Shown here one piece after another: positions 19,964-29,553 of a stretch of 64,000 nucleotides of DNA (positions within the stretch are counted from its first letter, which is position 1; each line of letters begins with the position of its first letter). The notes under the pieces are model-generated. The model was not told the DNA's origin. It ran no database searches and saw nothing but the letters and a program-made list of their open reading frames with translations. The stretch is from NCBI GenBank assembly GCA_963726255.1, contig CAVSBL010000002.1:800001-864000 (forward strand), read 5' to 3'. The DNA is from Candidatus Bathyarchaeota archaeon (GTDB lineage Archaea > Thermoproteota > Bathyarchaeia > 40CM-2-53-6). The position numbers and the translations under genes were made by a program.

Positions 19964-20260
19964 GTAACCTCAAGAGACGATAAACAAGTAGATGTCATGC
20001 TGACTGTCAAATTAAGGTTCGAACCTTTGGTCGCTGTGTTTTGCGTTGAAGATGCGTCGCTGCTCGACAATCACCCACCGCAATACAACCGTGAACCGTT
20101 AAGTGAATCCCTGAAATTTCCGAAGCGATTTACAGTCGGGTGTTAACAAAACTCGCACTGAGAAATACTCGGAGGGACATCAGAAACCTTCCGCCCGACT
20201 ACACTAGTTTATGGGGGATGCGTCGATGAATTTAATAGCGGTTGATGATAACTCCTCCAT

Positions 20261-21112
20261 GTGGTATGTGGAAACACAAATCACAATTCACGAAACAACA
20301 AGAAATGCGACATAGTTCAGGATGATTACTGTTTGGGCGAGTTCGCAACTTTTAGCGATTTCGAGAAGGAGATTCGGCGAATAACCTCTGAAGCCGACAA
20401 ACGAAAAATCCCTTTGAGAATCTTAGGCGGTGCGGCAATTCGAATGCACTGTCCGACCCATGAGGGCTTGTATGAAAAGCTCAAACGAGCCCCAAAGCAT
20501 GACATGGATTTCGTTACATACAGCAAGTTTCGCCCGCTAACAAAGAGCCTGTTTGTTGACTTGGGATATGAGCCCTACATTTCTCTCATGCTTACTGGGG
20601 CCACGGGAAGACACAGGCAGATTTTCAACGATAAAGAAGGAAACAAGGCAATCGATGTCTTCCTCGACAAACTCGAAATGTGCCATGTTATAGACTACAA
20701 GGACAGGTTGGAAATGGACTCGCCGACTGTTCCCCTAGCCGAACTTCTACTTCAAAAGCTTCAGATCGTGCAGACCAACGAAAAGGACATCCAAGACACG
20801 ATAATACTGCTTACAGAACACGACCTTGGCAAGGGCGATAAAGAAGTGATAAACGCCGATTATGTCGCCAAAGTCCTCGCGAACGAATGGGGCTTCAATT
20901 ATACAGTCAATGCAAACCTCGGTAAAGTCAAGGAGTTCTTGGGCAAATATGAAGCCTTGAGCAAATCGGAGAAGGCCGTCGTGAGTGAGCGTATCGAGAA
21001 GCTCGAGGATAGGATAGAGAAGGAGCCTAAGACACTTCAGTGGAGACTACGTGCTAAAGTTGGTCCGTCCGTCAAATGGTACAACGTAGTTGAGGAAGTC
21101 CAACGCGACTAG
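20261..21112 (+). CDS. Pol-beta-fold nucleotidyltransferase-like protein
   Basis: LRILGGAA..H, DMD, IDVF, LLLQKLQIV..NEKD..D. Start uncertain, probably further downstream. Confidence 0.75.
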   Translation: MVCGNTNHNSRNNKKCDIVQDDYCLGEFATFSDFEKEIRRITSEADKRKIPLRILGGAAIRMHCPTHEGLYEKLKRAPKHDMDFVTYSKFRPLTKSLFVDLGYEPYISLMLTGATGRHRQIFNDKEGNKAIDVFLDKLEMCHVIDYKDRLEMDSPTVPLAELLLQKLQIVQTNEKDIQDTIILLTEHDLGKGDKEVINADYVAKVLANEWGFNYTVNANLGKVKEFLGKYEALSKSEKAVVSERIEKLEDRIEKEPKTLQWRLRAKVGPSVKWYNVVEEVQRD

Positions 21113-21179
21113 TGCCAGTCACGGTACACACGGTCAAAGTTGAAATACTCAGCCAAAGCCCTTAGGTTCTTGGTTCTCT

Positions 21180-22139
21180 TTGGCGAAAGTGAGGATCATA
21201 TTTGCCTCCGACTTCCACGGCAACGAGACGGTTTGGCGAAAGTTCCTAAACTCGGCCAAGCTTTTCAACGCGAATTGGTTGATAATGGGAGGAGACCTGA
21301 CCGGCAAGGTCCTTACGCCCATTGTGCTCCAACCGGACGGAACGTATAAGGCAGATTTCCTAGACCAAACCCACACTGTACAAGCAGGCGAGGTTGAAAA
21401 TTTCAAGAAGCTCGTTCGAGAACACTGCTACATACCATACGTCTGCGACCAGAAGCAGTTCGAAGAATTAGAGTCGGCATCCCAGGACAAAATAGAAGAT
21501 ATATTCGCTAAACTCGAATGCGAGACGCTAAAGGACTGGCTGGACCTCATCCCGAAGAAACTCACTGGCGACTTGAAAGATGTGAAAGTTCTGATCCATC
21601 CAGGCAACGATGACAAGTTCGAACTGGACGAAGTGATAAAAAACAGCCCATACTGCACCTACGCCGAGGAATCCGTTGTTGCCTTGGATAACGAGCATGA
21701 AGCTGCATGTCTCGGATGGTCGAACCCGACCCCATGGAACAGCCCGCGTGAATGTTCCGAAGACGAACTAATGGCTAAACTCGAAAAGACAGTCTCGCAA
21801 GTGAAGAACGTCCCGAACGCACTTTTCTGTTTACACTGTCCACCATTCGAATCTCAAATTGACAACGCGCCAAAGCTCGACAAGGACTTGCGGCCAGTCA
21901 TGGAAGGGGGGCGACCAGTGTATATTCCCGTCGGCTCGAAATCTGTTCGTGGCATTATTGAAAAGTACCAGCCATTATTGGGTCTGCACGGCCACATCCA
22001 TGAGTGTAGGGGATGGATGAAGATTGGACGGACGCAGTGCATGAACCCTGGCTCAGAATACACCGAAGGGATTCTGAGCGCCTACCTAATCGAAATTGAC
22101 GGCGACAAAATCAAGCGGTTGCAGAGGGTCGAAGGCTAG
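21180..22139 (+). CDS. Icc-related calcineurin-like metallophosphoesterase
   Basis: SDFHG, GGDLTGK, PGNDD, H.PP, HGHIHE, NPGSEY. Confidence 0.9.
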   Translation: MAKVRIIFASDFHGNETVWRKFLNSAKLFNANWLIMGGDLTGKVLTPIVLQPDGTYKADFLDQTHTVQAGEVENFKKLVREHCYIPYVCDQKQFEELESASQDKIEDIFAKLECETLKDWLDLIPKKLTGDLKDVKVLIHPGNDDKFELDEVIKNSPYCTYAEESVVALDNEHEAACLGWSNPTPWNSPRECSEDELMAKLEKTVSQVKNVPNALFCLHCPPFESQIDNAPKLDKDLRPVMEGGRPVYIPVGSKSVRGIIEKYQPLLGLHGHIHECRGWMKIGRTQCMNPGSEYTEGILSAYLIEIDGDKIKRLQRVEG

Positions 22140-23113
22140 CTAATTCGAATGGATTCGCGCCGAGCTCGGCGTTTGTTCAAGTCTCTGATTAGCTGGTTCA
22201 ACCTCATCTGCTTCGCAAGGCTTACGCCAAGCTGATTCTTGCTAGTTATGATGCGGCCTGTGCGGGTGTCTATGCAACCTATCCCGATGTCCTTGTTAGT
22301 GAATTCTTCGATAAAACGCGTGATCGATGAGGGTGGCTCTTCATCGCTGAACAGCAGTAACCAAGACCACTTGATGTTTTTCTCGTCACGTAGCGACTCG
22401 ATCAGGCGAATTGAGCGTGTGACGCGTGTTTTGGCGCCTTCCGAATCCCCAACCTCATCAGCGTACAGTGCGACTTCGTAATTCGGCATGAGCGTGACAG
22501 CGAGGAACCGAGAGAGGAGAAAACCTTTGGGACGTGTGCTCCCCCTTGCCATCAGGGGGAAGATGTCGCCAGCGACCTGATAGAATCTGAAGCTTTCGTT
22601 GAGGTCGGCAATCCAATAAGCGCGGCCCCGTTGGATTTCCGTTTCGAGTCCAGCAAACACATCTGGTGCAGAAGTGCGAGCGTCTTTAGTCTTGATCCGT
22701 TCTAGGATGTAGTCTCGTAGGGCGAATGGGTCGACGCCACAAGCCTTTGAGTCTATATCGAAATGTTCTCCGTCTCTTTCTATGTAGACGCGTACTTTGT
22801 TTTTTCCATAGTTGTCTCGAATGATGGAGCTTTCCTTGAACTCGGACCACGTGTGTTTCTGCTCCTCTTTTCGTCCCTTAGTCATTGAATATCCATTGTC
22901 ATCGTACTCAAGCGTCTGGTGTACGCGGAAGAAGTAGAAGTAGCCCGCCAAGACACCCCCTAGGACGGCGGGAACGGCGAGGCTTACAGCCGGTCCCATC
23001 CCGCTCAATTGTAGCATGTTGAGTGCTACGGACCAGAACAATGCGAGCGCGAAGGTTAGGACTGCCCAATAAACAGCGATCCTGGAAACTTGGATTCGTG
23101 AGCTACGCGTCAA
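22136..23113 (-). CDS. Membrane protein: two TM helices + PH-like domain + unknown C-terminal alpha/beta domain
   Basis: Two N-terminal hydrophobic helices and LEYDDNGYSM..G.....HTWSEF (bacterial-PH-like pattern). Confidence 0.6.
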   Translation of the reverse strand: MTRSSRIQVSRIAVYWAVLTFALALFWSVALNMLQLSGMGPAVSLAVPAVLGGVLAGYFYFFRVHQTLEYDDNGYSMTKGRKEEQKHTWSEFKESSIIRDNYGKNKVRVYIERDGEHFDIDSKACGVDPFALRDYILERIKTKDARTSAPDVFAGLETEIQRGRAYWIADLNESFRFYQVAGDIFPLMARGSTRPKGFLLSRFLAVTLMPNYEVALYADEVGDSEGAKTRVTRSIRLIESLRDEKNIKWSWLLLFSDEEPPSSITRFIEEFTNKDIGIGCIDTRTGRIITSKNQLGVSLAKQMRLNQLIRDLNKRRARRESIRIS

Positions 23114-23189
23114 AGATTCCGCACCTGGCCGCTACTGGTCCGCGCCTACAAATATACCTTTGAGAGATGAAAACTAGGTGAATCGAACG

Positions 23190-23777
23190 CTACACTTTTC
23201 CCATCACTTTTCTTACGTATGAACCGACTTCTTGAGTTGTGAGATGTTCTTTGAACGTGTGCCCGCGTTCCTTGCTCAAGCCAGGGCACAAGGGGTCAAC
23301 CTTCAATCTATTTCCAGAGGGTATCAACGGGTAGAGCCTACACGCGGTAGGCCTTATCGAGTAGATTGAGCAACGCGGCACATTGTCAACATAGGTAAGG
23401 AAGAAACATGCACCGGAAGGCTTCCTTTTCAGCCAATAGTTGTTTCCATGTGTCTCAATGATAGTCTCCTGAATTCCCTTCTCTTTAGAGTACTTCAGAA
23501 GCCTTTCCACATCGTCCTTTCCAAGATTAACCTTCAAATGGCAAGACGCGCCGCACGCAATACATTCGTGCTTTATCTGTCCAGACGTGAATTCTTCGAA
23601 GCTCCTGAACGCGAGGTAGCGTTCGTAGTAGAGGTATATGGCACTACGAGTCAAGAGGACCGAGGCGACAAGAACTCCCACTGTGGCCGTCAGGCCGAAA
23701 CCAACAAGATACGTCCCCGCAGCCAACGCTGCAGCGGTCGCGTACCCGCCTCTCAGTAGAATGGCGTCACGCCTCAA
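23190..23777 (-). CDS. YkgJ-family cysteine-cluster protein with N-terminal TM hairpin
   Basis: CIACGASC, CFFL, CSIYSIRPTACRLYP, CPG. Confidence 0.85.
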   Translation of the reverse strand: MRRDAILLRGGYATAAALAAGTYLVGFGLTATVGVLVASVLLTRSAIYLYYERYLAFRSFEEFTSGQIKHECIACGASCHLKVNLGKDDVERLLKYSKEKGIQETIIETHGNNYWLKRKPSGACFFLTYVDNVPRCSIYSIRPTACRLYPLIPSGNRLKVDPLCPGLSKERGHTFKEHLTTQEVGSYVRKVMGKV

Positions 23778-23937
23778 TCGCGCGGTCGCCCTCCCGACCT
23801 GTTGGCCGCAAAATTCGCTTTATGCTGTACACTCTCTCTTCTCTGAATTCATTCGTTGCGCAAGTCTCATTTATCTTCCACCTTTGTTCCCATGAATCAA
23901 GTTGGTAACCCTCAATGTTCAATGTCGTGACGTAATT

Positions 23938-24123
23938 ATGGCCTCATGGCGTCCTTTCAAGATGCTCGTTTGCTTCCTCCTTGGACACAACGACTCACCA
24001 GTCAAAATGACTTTGGGCAAACTCACACCGCAAGAAATTGAAGCGCAGAAATGTACCCGGTGCAGCAGGATCCTTGTTCCGATATCGAAGGCCGGCGCCG
24101 GGGTTGGAGAAGATACAGCGTAG
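23938..24123 (+). CDS. Small CxxxGH...CxxC putative Zn-binding protein
   Basis: VCFLLGHN...KCTRCSR, the same pattern as 15095..15235. ATG at 23938. Confidence 0.6.
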   Translation: MASWRPFKMLVCFLLGHNDSPVKMTLGKLTPQEIEAQKCTRCSRILVPISKAGAGVGEDTA

Positions 24124-24140
24124 CAACTAGACGAAGACTG

Positions 24141-24165
24141 AAAAAAAGGAAAAAAGAAAAGGAGA
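24141..24165 (-). terminator. U-tract terminator of the APC permease
   Basis: A-rich run on + (U/C-rich on -) right after the stop. Confidence 0.6.
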
Positions 24166-24176
24166 GTGGGGCTTGT

Positions 24177-25904
24177 TTATTCTGGTGGAATTTCGGCGAA
24201 GATTGTTGAGTAGTCGACGTCCTTCTTTCCGTACTTGTAGTAGGCGTACATGCCAGCGCCGATTAGGCCGAGCAGTACTGTGAAGCCGATTGCGAACCAG
24301 TTGTCAGATGTTGGTGCTAGTATGTTGTAGCTGTCTTGTGGTGCCGTGAGTATCATCCAGTCCAGTGCTAGGTTGGCTCCGACACCCAAGATGCCTATAA
24401 CTACCATGCCTGCTTTACCGCCGATCTTGAACGGTGCGGTATCATAGATCTCTTTCTTGCGGTAGGGAAGCATGATTAGCGCTAGCGCGAATAGTGTGAA
24501 GAAGACTGCGTCCATGAGGTCAGTGCTGCTAACGCCAATACTGAAGATGCCGTTCAACGCACCGCCTAATGCTCCGCCGGGATTCCATGAGCCACCGTTT
24601 GAGATCACGCCGGACTCTGAAAAGCAGCCCAATAAGCCGAACACACCTGTTGCAATGGTTGCGTTGACGGGGGAGTGGAATCGTTCGTTGACGTTCGCAA
24701 ATGATCCTGGTAGAACTCTATCGAATGCCATTGCGAACAGAATTCTTGAGGCGGTAAGGATGAATGGCGGAATGTCGTTCGCTACCCATAGTATGCCGAA
24801 GATGAACAGCAGCCAGTTGAGCGAGCTAAGATTCATACCGATGCCGGTCATAGCGGCAACGGTCGTGGTCCATGCTTTGATAGCCGGGACACCGGCCTTT
24901 GCTAGGTCTCCTCCACCATAAGATAGGTATGAGTAAGCTTCAAAGAAGGTCCAAGTATTACCGTTTGGCAATGTTGTCCGACCAAGAGCCGCGGTCGCGT
25001 ACGCACCAAGCCCTGAGACGACCATGTAAGCAACCATGATAATCACTGATGAGATAAGCAGAATCTTTGGTAGGCTCTTGTTCGCTTCCTTCACTTCGCC
25101 TGCTACGAATGTTGATGCTGCGTATCCGATGTAAGCGAAGTAGGCTCCGATCATGGCAACAGAGACAGCTGACCAGTAGTTACCAACATTTGCTGCATCC
25201 ATCCCTTGCGCGAGTGCACCTTTGACGTAAGTGTCGGCTGTGACTCCCGCGATTCCGTTCGCCTGTCCCAACGCTGCAATTCCTGCTTGCAAGGCACTTG
25301 GGTTAGTTAGCGAACTCGCGAGGAGGAAGAGCACATAGACGGTTAGCATCGCCGGAATCCAGAACATCACTTGTAGAAGGTATCCTGCCATCCTCACTCC
25401 CAAGGATCCGATCGCCGTGAAGAGGATGACTAGCAGGACGCCTCCGCCGAATAGGTACACGTCGTTGACTCCAGCCGCCGTTATGCCGACTATTGGCCCG
25501 AAGATGAAGTAGATACCTTCGAACACAGCTACCGCGATGATTCCGAAGGACCATGCGATGCTGAGAAATTCGAACCATGAACCAACGAACGCCCAGATTG
25601 GGCTGACAAGCCTTGATATGACAACGTACCCTCCGCCTGACCGAGGCATAGCCGCAATCAGGATCGAGAAGGATAGAACTGATAGTATGATGATGATTCC
25701 ACCGATCAAGAACGCCATGACCATTGGTGGGATGCCCGCGACCCAGAGGTTCTCTGGTAGTGGGGCTGCACCAGTGAACTGGAAGACACGCTTCTGCCAG
25801 CCGAGGCCCATGACGTTGGCCAAAATGATGATCATTGCGGTTAGTGGACCGATTTCTCTGACAAGCCCTGTTGCTTTCCTTACGAATAGTTTCTTTTGCG
25901 ACAA
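24177..25904 (-). CDS. APC family amino acid/polyamine permease
   Basis: FVRKATGLVRE, AMPRSGGGY, AGEVK, SRILFAMAFDRVLP, IFAEIPPE, many TM helices. Confidence 0.92.
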   Translation of the reverse strand: MSQKKLFVRKATGLVREIGPLTAMIIILANVMGLGWQKRVFQFTGAAPLPENLWVAGIPPMVMAFLIGGIIIILSVLSFSILIAAMPRSGGGYVVISRLVSPIWAFVGSWFEFLSIAWSFGIIAVAVFEGIYFIFGPIVGITAAGVNDVYLFGGGVLLVILFTAIGSLGVRMAGYLLQVMFWIPAMLTVYVLFLLASSLTNPSALQAGIAALGQANGIAGVTADTYVKGALAQGMDAANVGNYWSAVSVAMIGAYFAYIGYAASTFVAGEVKEANKSLPKILLISSVIIMVAYMVVSGLGAYATAALGRTTLPNGNTWTFFEAYSYLSYGGGDLAKAGVPAIKAWTTTVAAMTGIGMNLSSLNWLLFIFGILWVANDIPPFILTASRILFAMAFDRVLPGSFANVNERFHSPVNATIATGVFGLLGCFSESGVISNGGSWNPGGALGGALNGIFSIGVSSTDLMDAVFFTLFALALIMLPYRKKEIYDTAPFKIGGKAGMVVIGILGVGANLALDWMILTAPQDSYNILAPTSDNWFAIGFTVLLGLIGAGMYAYYKYGKKDVDYSTIFAEIPPE

Positions 25905-26055
25905 ATTTTCTCAGACTGCTGTTGCCTGGCTGATGTATATTTAAAGGTATACAACCGAAAAAACGCCGTACCAGATACGGTACGAGCCGCGTATCGAACA
26001 AAAAATTGAGAAAACAGAATTCGATTCGGCGCTCGTGATTTTCAGAGTTGAAAAT

Positions 26056-26271
26056 CTACCTGCGAAACAATGTGAGCAGAAAGAACAGTACTGGAAACAT
26101 AAGAAGGACTACAATGAAAGTGTACTTTCTCTTTCGCTCCGAACGCTTGAACTGATCCTCACACATTGGCCCGCAGAATTCTCTATCGACTGGAATTGGC
26201 GTTGAGCATATCACGCAATGCCTATGCTTCGTAATCGCGACCTTCTCTGCTTGCTTCATGTACTTAGACAT
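26056..26271 (-). CDS. DUF2116-type Zn-ribbon membrane protein
   Basis: HRHCVICSTPIP...FC...C followed by basic stretch and a C-terminal TM helix. Confidence 0.8.
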   Translation of the reverse strand: MSKYMKQAEKVAITKHRHCVICSTPIPVDREFCGPMCEDQFKRSERKRKYTFIVVLLMFPVLFFLLTLFRR

Positions 26272-26328
26272 AATTCTCGCGCCCAGCATCACTTTAGCTC
26301 TAATAAAAGGTGTGGGATTTATGAGGTT

Positions 26329-26508
26329 TCATTCCGGAGCTTCTCTTCTTTTTCGCCAGAACTTTCCCTCTTCCTCAGCTATCCCCGCGTGCCGGCGCTC
26401 CCAAGCCATATGTTTCGGGTAATCCTCTTCGCAGAACTCCTGCCCGCAGTACTGACACTTCTCAAGTTTAGGCAGTTCCTTTCCGCACGTTGCACATTTT
26501 GGCAACAT
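26329..26508 (-). CDS. Small AN1/HIT-like zinc-finger protein (59 aa), missing from the ORF track
   Basis: Manually translated MLPKCATCGKELPKLEKCQYCGQEFCEEDYPKHMAWERRHAGIAEEEGKFWRKREEAPE. Confidence 0.75.
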   Translation of the reverse strand: MLPKCATCGKELPKLEKCQYCGQEFCEEDYPKHMAWERRHAGIAEEEGKFWRKRREAPE

Positions 26509-26588
26509 TAATCCGAACCCATACTATGATACCAACATTAAAAGTAAGGAGTACGGGAATATTCCCCTATTCCGGGGCGCCCCATTGT

Positions 26589-27386
26589 TTGAGATGTGAG
26601 AGGTGCGGGGTCGAGGTCGACCTTCCATTCAGATGCAATTACTGTGAACACTACTACTGCCCCGACCATAGGTTACCCGAAAATCACGAATGCAGTGAGA
26701 CATGGCGGGTGAAGGCCGTCAGGTCTGCAAGGGCGGCATCGTCACCGATGCGACTCGCAGCTGAGGCTCGCAGCATGCTCCTTTCGCCGCGCTCGCATGG
26801 GGTCCGTTTCAGCAGAACCGAGGTGCGCCATTTGATCGTGGGCACGGCCTTGGTAACCGGAGCGGGCATTTCCTTCATCGTTGGAAACTCGTTCACGCTG
26901 CTTGGGTTGGCCGTCGCGGCCGCAATATTCTCGGGAGGTTTCATCCTCCATGAACTCGCCCACAAATACGTTGCACAGGGTTACGGCCTATGGGCCGAGT
27001 TCCGGCTGAATATGACCGGAGTAATTCTTACAGCGGTGTCAATCGTGTCCCCCATCAAATTCATAGCGCCTGGGGCGGTCGTGATCGCAGGTGTCGCCGA
27101 AAAAGACCGTGTCGGCCGAACCGCGTTTGCCGGGCCCTTGGTGAACGTGGTGATCACTGCTGGCCTTCTCATTTTTCTCCCGGTTCTTCGCGAATCGATC
27201 CTCTACCTTCCGATCCTGTTCGGGGCAGGTATCAACGCATTCCTCGCCCTGTTCAACCTGATTCCATTCTCGGTTTTCGATGGGCGCAAAGTCTACTACT
27301 GGAACCCGCGCTATTGGATAATTTTGTTCCTAGCGTCGCTTGCTTTGACAATCTACACTAACTTCGTTCTCCGGCCCTTCTCATAG
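26589..27386 (+). CDS. AN1 zinc finger + M50 (site-2) intramembrane metalloprotease
   Basis: CERC...LPFRCNYC..YCPDHRLPENHEC, LHELAHK, AGP, FNLIP...FDG. Start TTG 26589. Confidence 0.9.
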   Translation: MRCERCGVEVDLPFRCNYCEHYYCPDHRLPENHECSETWRVKAVRSARAASSPMRLAAEARSMLLSPRSHGVRFSRTEVRHLIVGTALVTGAGISFIVGNSFTLLGLAVAAAIFSGGFILHELAHKYVAQGYGLWAEFRLNMTGVILTAVSIVSPIKFIAPGAVVIAGVAEKDRVGRTAFAGPLVNVVITAGLLIFLPVLRESILYLPILFGAGINAFLALFNLIPFSVFDGRKVYYWNPRYWIILFLASLALTIYTNFVLRPFS

Positions 27387-27402
27387 GGCAGAGTATTTCT
27401 CC

Positions 27403-27603
27403 TCAGTCCTTTACTACTTTCACGAGTAGGAAGGCTCCGACCAGAAAGAGTGCTAGCGCGACTACGGCCACTATTGGGACGTCAAGGTGCGTACGGTGGA
27501 GGGCGAATAGGCCGAAGTAGCTGGGAGACATTATCAGGGCAGCACCCACAATAACCAGTACAGCATGTCGTATACCCTTCTTCGCCCGTTCTTTCTCGGC
27601 CAG
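27403..27603 (-). CDS. Small two-TM membrane protein (66 aa), probable CTG start, missing from the ORF track
   Basis: (M)AEKERAKKGIRHAVLVIVGAALIMSPSYFGLFALHRTHLDVPIVAVVALALFLVGAFLLVKVVKD, with GGTGA SD 6 nt before the CTG. Confidence 0.65.
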   Translation of the reverse strand: MAEKERAKKGIRHAVLVIVGAALIMSPSYFGLFALHRTHLDVPIVAVVALALFLVGAFLLVKVVKD

Positions 27604-27792
27604 CGCACTTCACCCTATGCTTGTGCGTTCTTCGTGCCTCGCCAAATAAAATCTTCCTACCTGCGAGGGACGAGGAATACTTCGAAATCATGATGGCGAG
27701 AAGACCGTTCATTACTCGCGTTGATAGTTTCCCGCAGCATTTACATAATAGGCTCCGCCATCGGGCAGCCCGATTTCAAAGGCGAAGAAACG

Positions 27793-29043
27793 ATGACAGA
27801 AGAACTGAATCCCTTCAAAATAGCTCAAAGAGAGCTAGAAATGGCCACGAAGAGACTTGGTTTGGACAAAGGCATGAGTGAGTTTCTGAAGTGGCCTATG
27901 AGAGAATTCGTGTACACTATTCCTCTGAAAATGGATAATGGCTCTGTGCAAGTTCTGCGCGCCTACCGAGTTCAATACAACAACGCCCGGGGGCCATGCA
28001 AGGGCGGCCTGAGGTGGCACCCAGCAGAAACGATCGATACTGTAAGGGCCTTAGCTGCTTGGATGACCTGGAAGACCGCCATGATGGACATTCCACTTGG
28101 CGGCGGAAAAGGAGGCGTAACTGTTGACCCGAAGAAGCTCTCTGCATCCGAAAAGGAACGTTTGGCGAGAGCATACATTCGCTGTGTAGCATCGGAGCTC
28201 GGAGCCTTCAAGGATGTCCCAGCACCGGATGTTTACACCGACCCGCAGATCATGGCTTGGATGATGGATGAGTATGAAACGATCATGAGAATGAACAGCC
28301 CATCAGTCATTACAGGAAAGCCCATCCCACTTGGTGGGTCGCAGGGCAGAGGTGACGCGACGGCTAGGGGCGGGGTCTACTGCATGCGTGAAGCGGCAAA
28401 GGCGATAGGAATGAACACTCGTGGAGCTACCATGGCAATTCAGGGATTTGGCAACGCCGGCCAATTCGCTGCCACGCTTGGGGCAGAAATCCTCGGCCTA
28501 AAGCTTGTGGCTGCAAGCGATTCACAGGGTGGCGTTTACAGTGAGAAAGGCATCGACCCGGTAGCCCTAGTCGCCCACAAGGCGAAGACCGGAAAAGTAG
28601 CCGGGTTCCCTGGAACCAAACCGATCTCAAACGACGAACTGCTGGAACTCCAAGTCGACGTGCTCATCCCAGCGGCTCTAGAGAATGTCATAACCGCGAA
28701 GAATTGCAGCAAGATCAAAGCAAAAATACAATGCGAACTTGCCAACGGCCCCACCACACCCGACTCAGACGAAGTTCTCTACAAGAACGGCGTCCTAGTG
28801 CTTCCAGATTTCCTGGCCAACGCTGGCGGGGTCACCGTGTCCTACTTCGAACAAGTTCAGGGCACGTACAATTACTTCTGGCCTATCGAGGATGTGCACA
28901 AGCAACTTGATGCCCACATGACCAAAGCCTTCAACGACGTCTACGAAATGTCAAAGAAGGAAAAAGTGCACATGAGAGCCGCCGCATACCTGGTCGCCGT
29001 CAAACGAGTCGCAGACGCTGTGAAATTGCGTGGTTGGGTATAA
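27793..29043 (+). CDS. gdhA: Glu/Leu/Phe/Val dehydrogenase (glutamate dehydrogenase)
   Basis: [50 protein letters not shown]. Start ATG 27793. Confidence 0.95.
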   Translation: MTEELNPFKIAQRELEMATKRLGLDKGMSEFLKWPMREFVYTIPLKMDNGSVQVLRAYRVQYNNARGPCKGGLRWHPAETIDTVRALAAWMTWKTAMMDIPLGGGKGGVTVDPKKLSASEKERLARAYIRCVASELGAFKDVPAPDVYTDPQIMAWMMDEYETIMRMNSPSVITGKPIPLGGSQGRGDATARGGVYCMREAAKAIGMNTRGATMAIQGFGNAGQFAATLGAEILGLKLVAASDSQGGVYSEKGIDPVALVAHKAKTGKVAGFPGTKPISNDELLELQVDVLIPAALENVITAKNCSKIKAKIQCELANGPTTPDSDEVLYKNGVLVLPDFLANAGGVTVSYFEQVQGTYNYFWPIEDVHKQLDAHMTKAFNDVYEMSKKEKVHMRAAAYLVAVKRVADAVKLRGWV

Positions 29044-29055
29044 GCCCACACGCGG

Positions 29056-29078
29056 CTCCTTTTTCTCCGTTTCTTTAA
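29056..29078 (+). terminator. Pyrimidine/U-tract terminator after gdhA
   Basis: CTCCTTTTTCTCCGTTTCTTT after the stop. Confidence 0.55.
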
Positions 29079-29115
29079 CCTCCCACCAATTTCATCCACG
29101 CACGGAGGGATTTTC

Positions 29116-29502
29116 CTGAAGATTCTCCACACATGCCTAAATGTATCCGACCTTGACAGGTCGATTGGGTTCTACACGCGGTTCATCGGCCTCAAATTCG
29201 TTAGCCGCCGGGAGGTCAAACAAAACAACGCCGAAATCGCTTTCCTGCAGGACGAAAGCGGCGCGGCCATAGAACTCACACACTGGAGGGACAAGAAGAA
29301 CTTGGTCGAAGGCGACAATTTCGACCACATAGCCTTCGCCGTGAAGGATATCGGAGCCGCCGTGGACGAACTCAAAGGGAACGGCGTAACCATTGCAATG
29401 GAACCTTTTTCGCTGGGTGGGTCGTCTTCGAAAATTGCCTTCATCAAAGATCCGGATGGCAACTGGCTCGAACTAATCGAGCATGCAAGCAACTCGAATT
29501 GA
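29116..29502 (+). CDS. VOC / lactoylglutathione lyase (glyoxalase I) family, CTG start
   Basis: (M)KILHTCLNVSDLDRSIGFY...IELTH...DHIAFAV...FIKDPDGNWLELIE. GGAGG SD 7 nt before CTG 29116; the track truncates it. Confidence 0.88.
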   Translation: MKILHTCLNVSDLDRSIGFYTRFIGLKFVSRREVKQNNAEIAFLQDESGAAIELTHWRDKKNLVEGDNFDHIAFAVKDIGAAVDELKGNGVTIAMEPFSLGGSSSKIAFIKDPDGNWLELIEHASNSN

Positions 29503-29553
29503 GCTCAAGCTAAGCAATACGAAGAACATGTCCGAGCTTCGCAGAATACGCAA

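Noticed and set aside
20014-20027. AAGGTTCGAACCTT as a tRNA T-loop
   Set aside because: A simple palindrome with no cloverleaf around it; at most an operator.
25303-26001. Long alternative-frame and antisense ORFs (also 31256..31849, 19281..19757, 61777..62241 and others)
   Set aside because: Shadows of well-supported genes with no motifs of their own.
27482-27712. Cys-rich ORF (CCTGYCGCC) as a metallothionein or RiPP precursor
   Set aside because: It is an alternative frame of the more plausible 2-TM gene 27403..27603, which has an SD.
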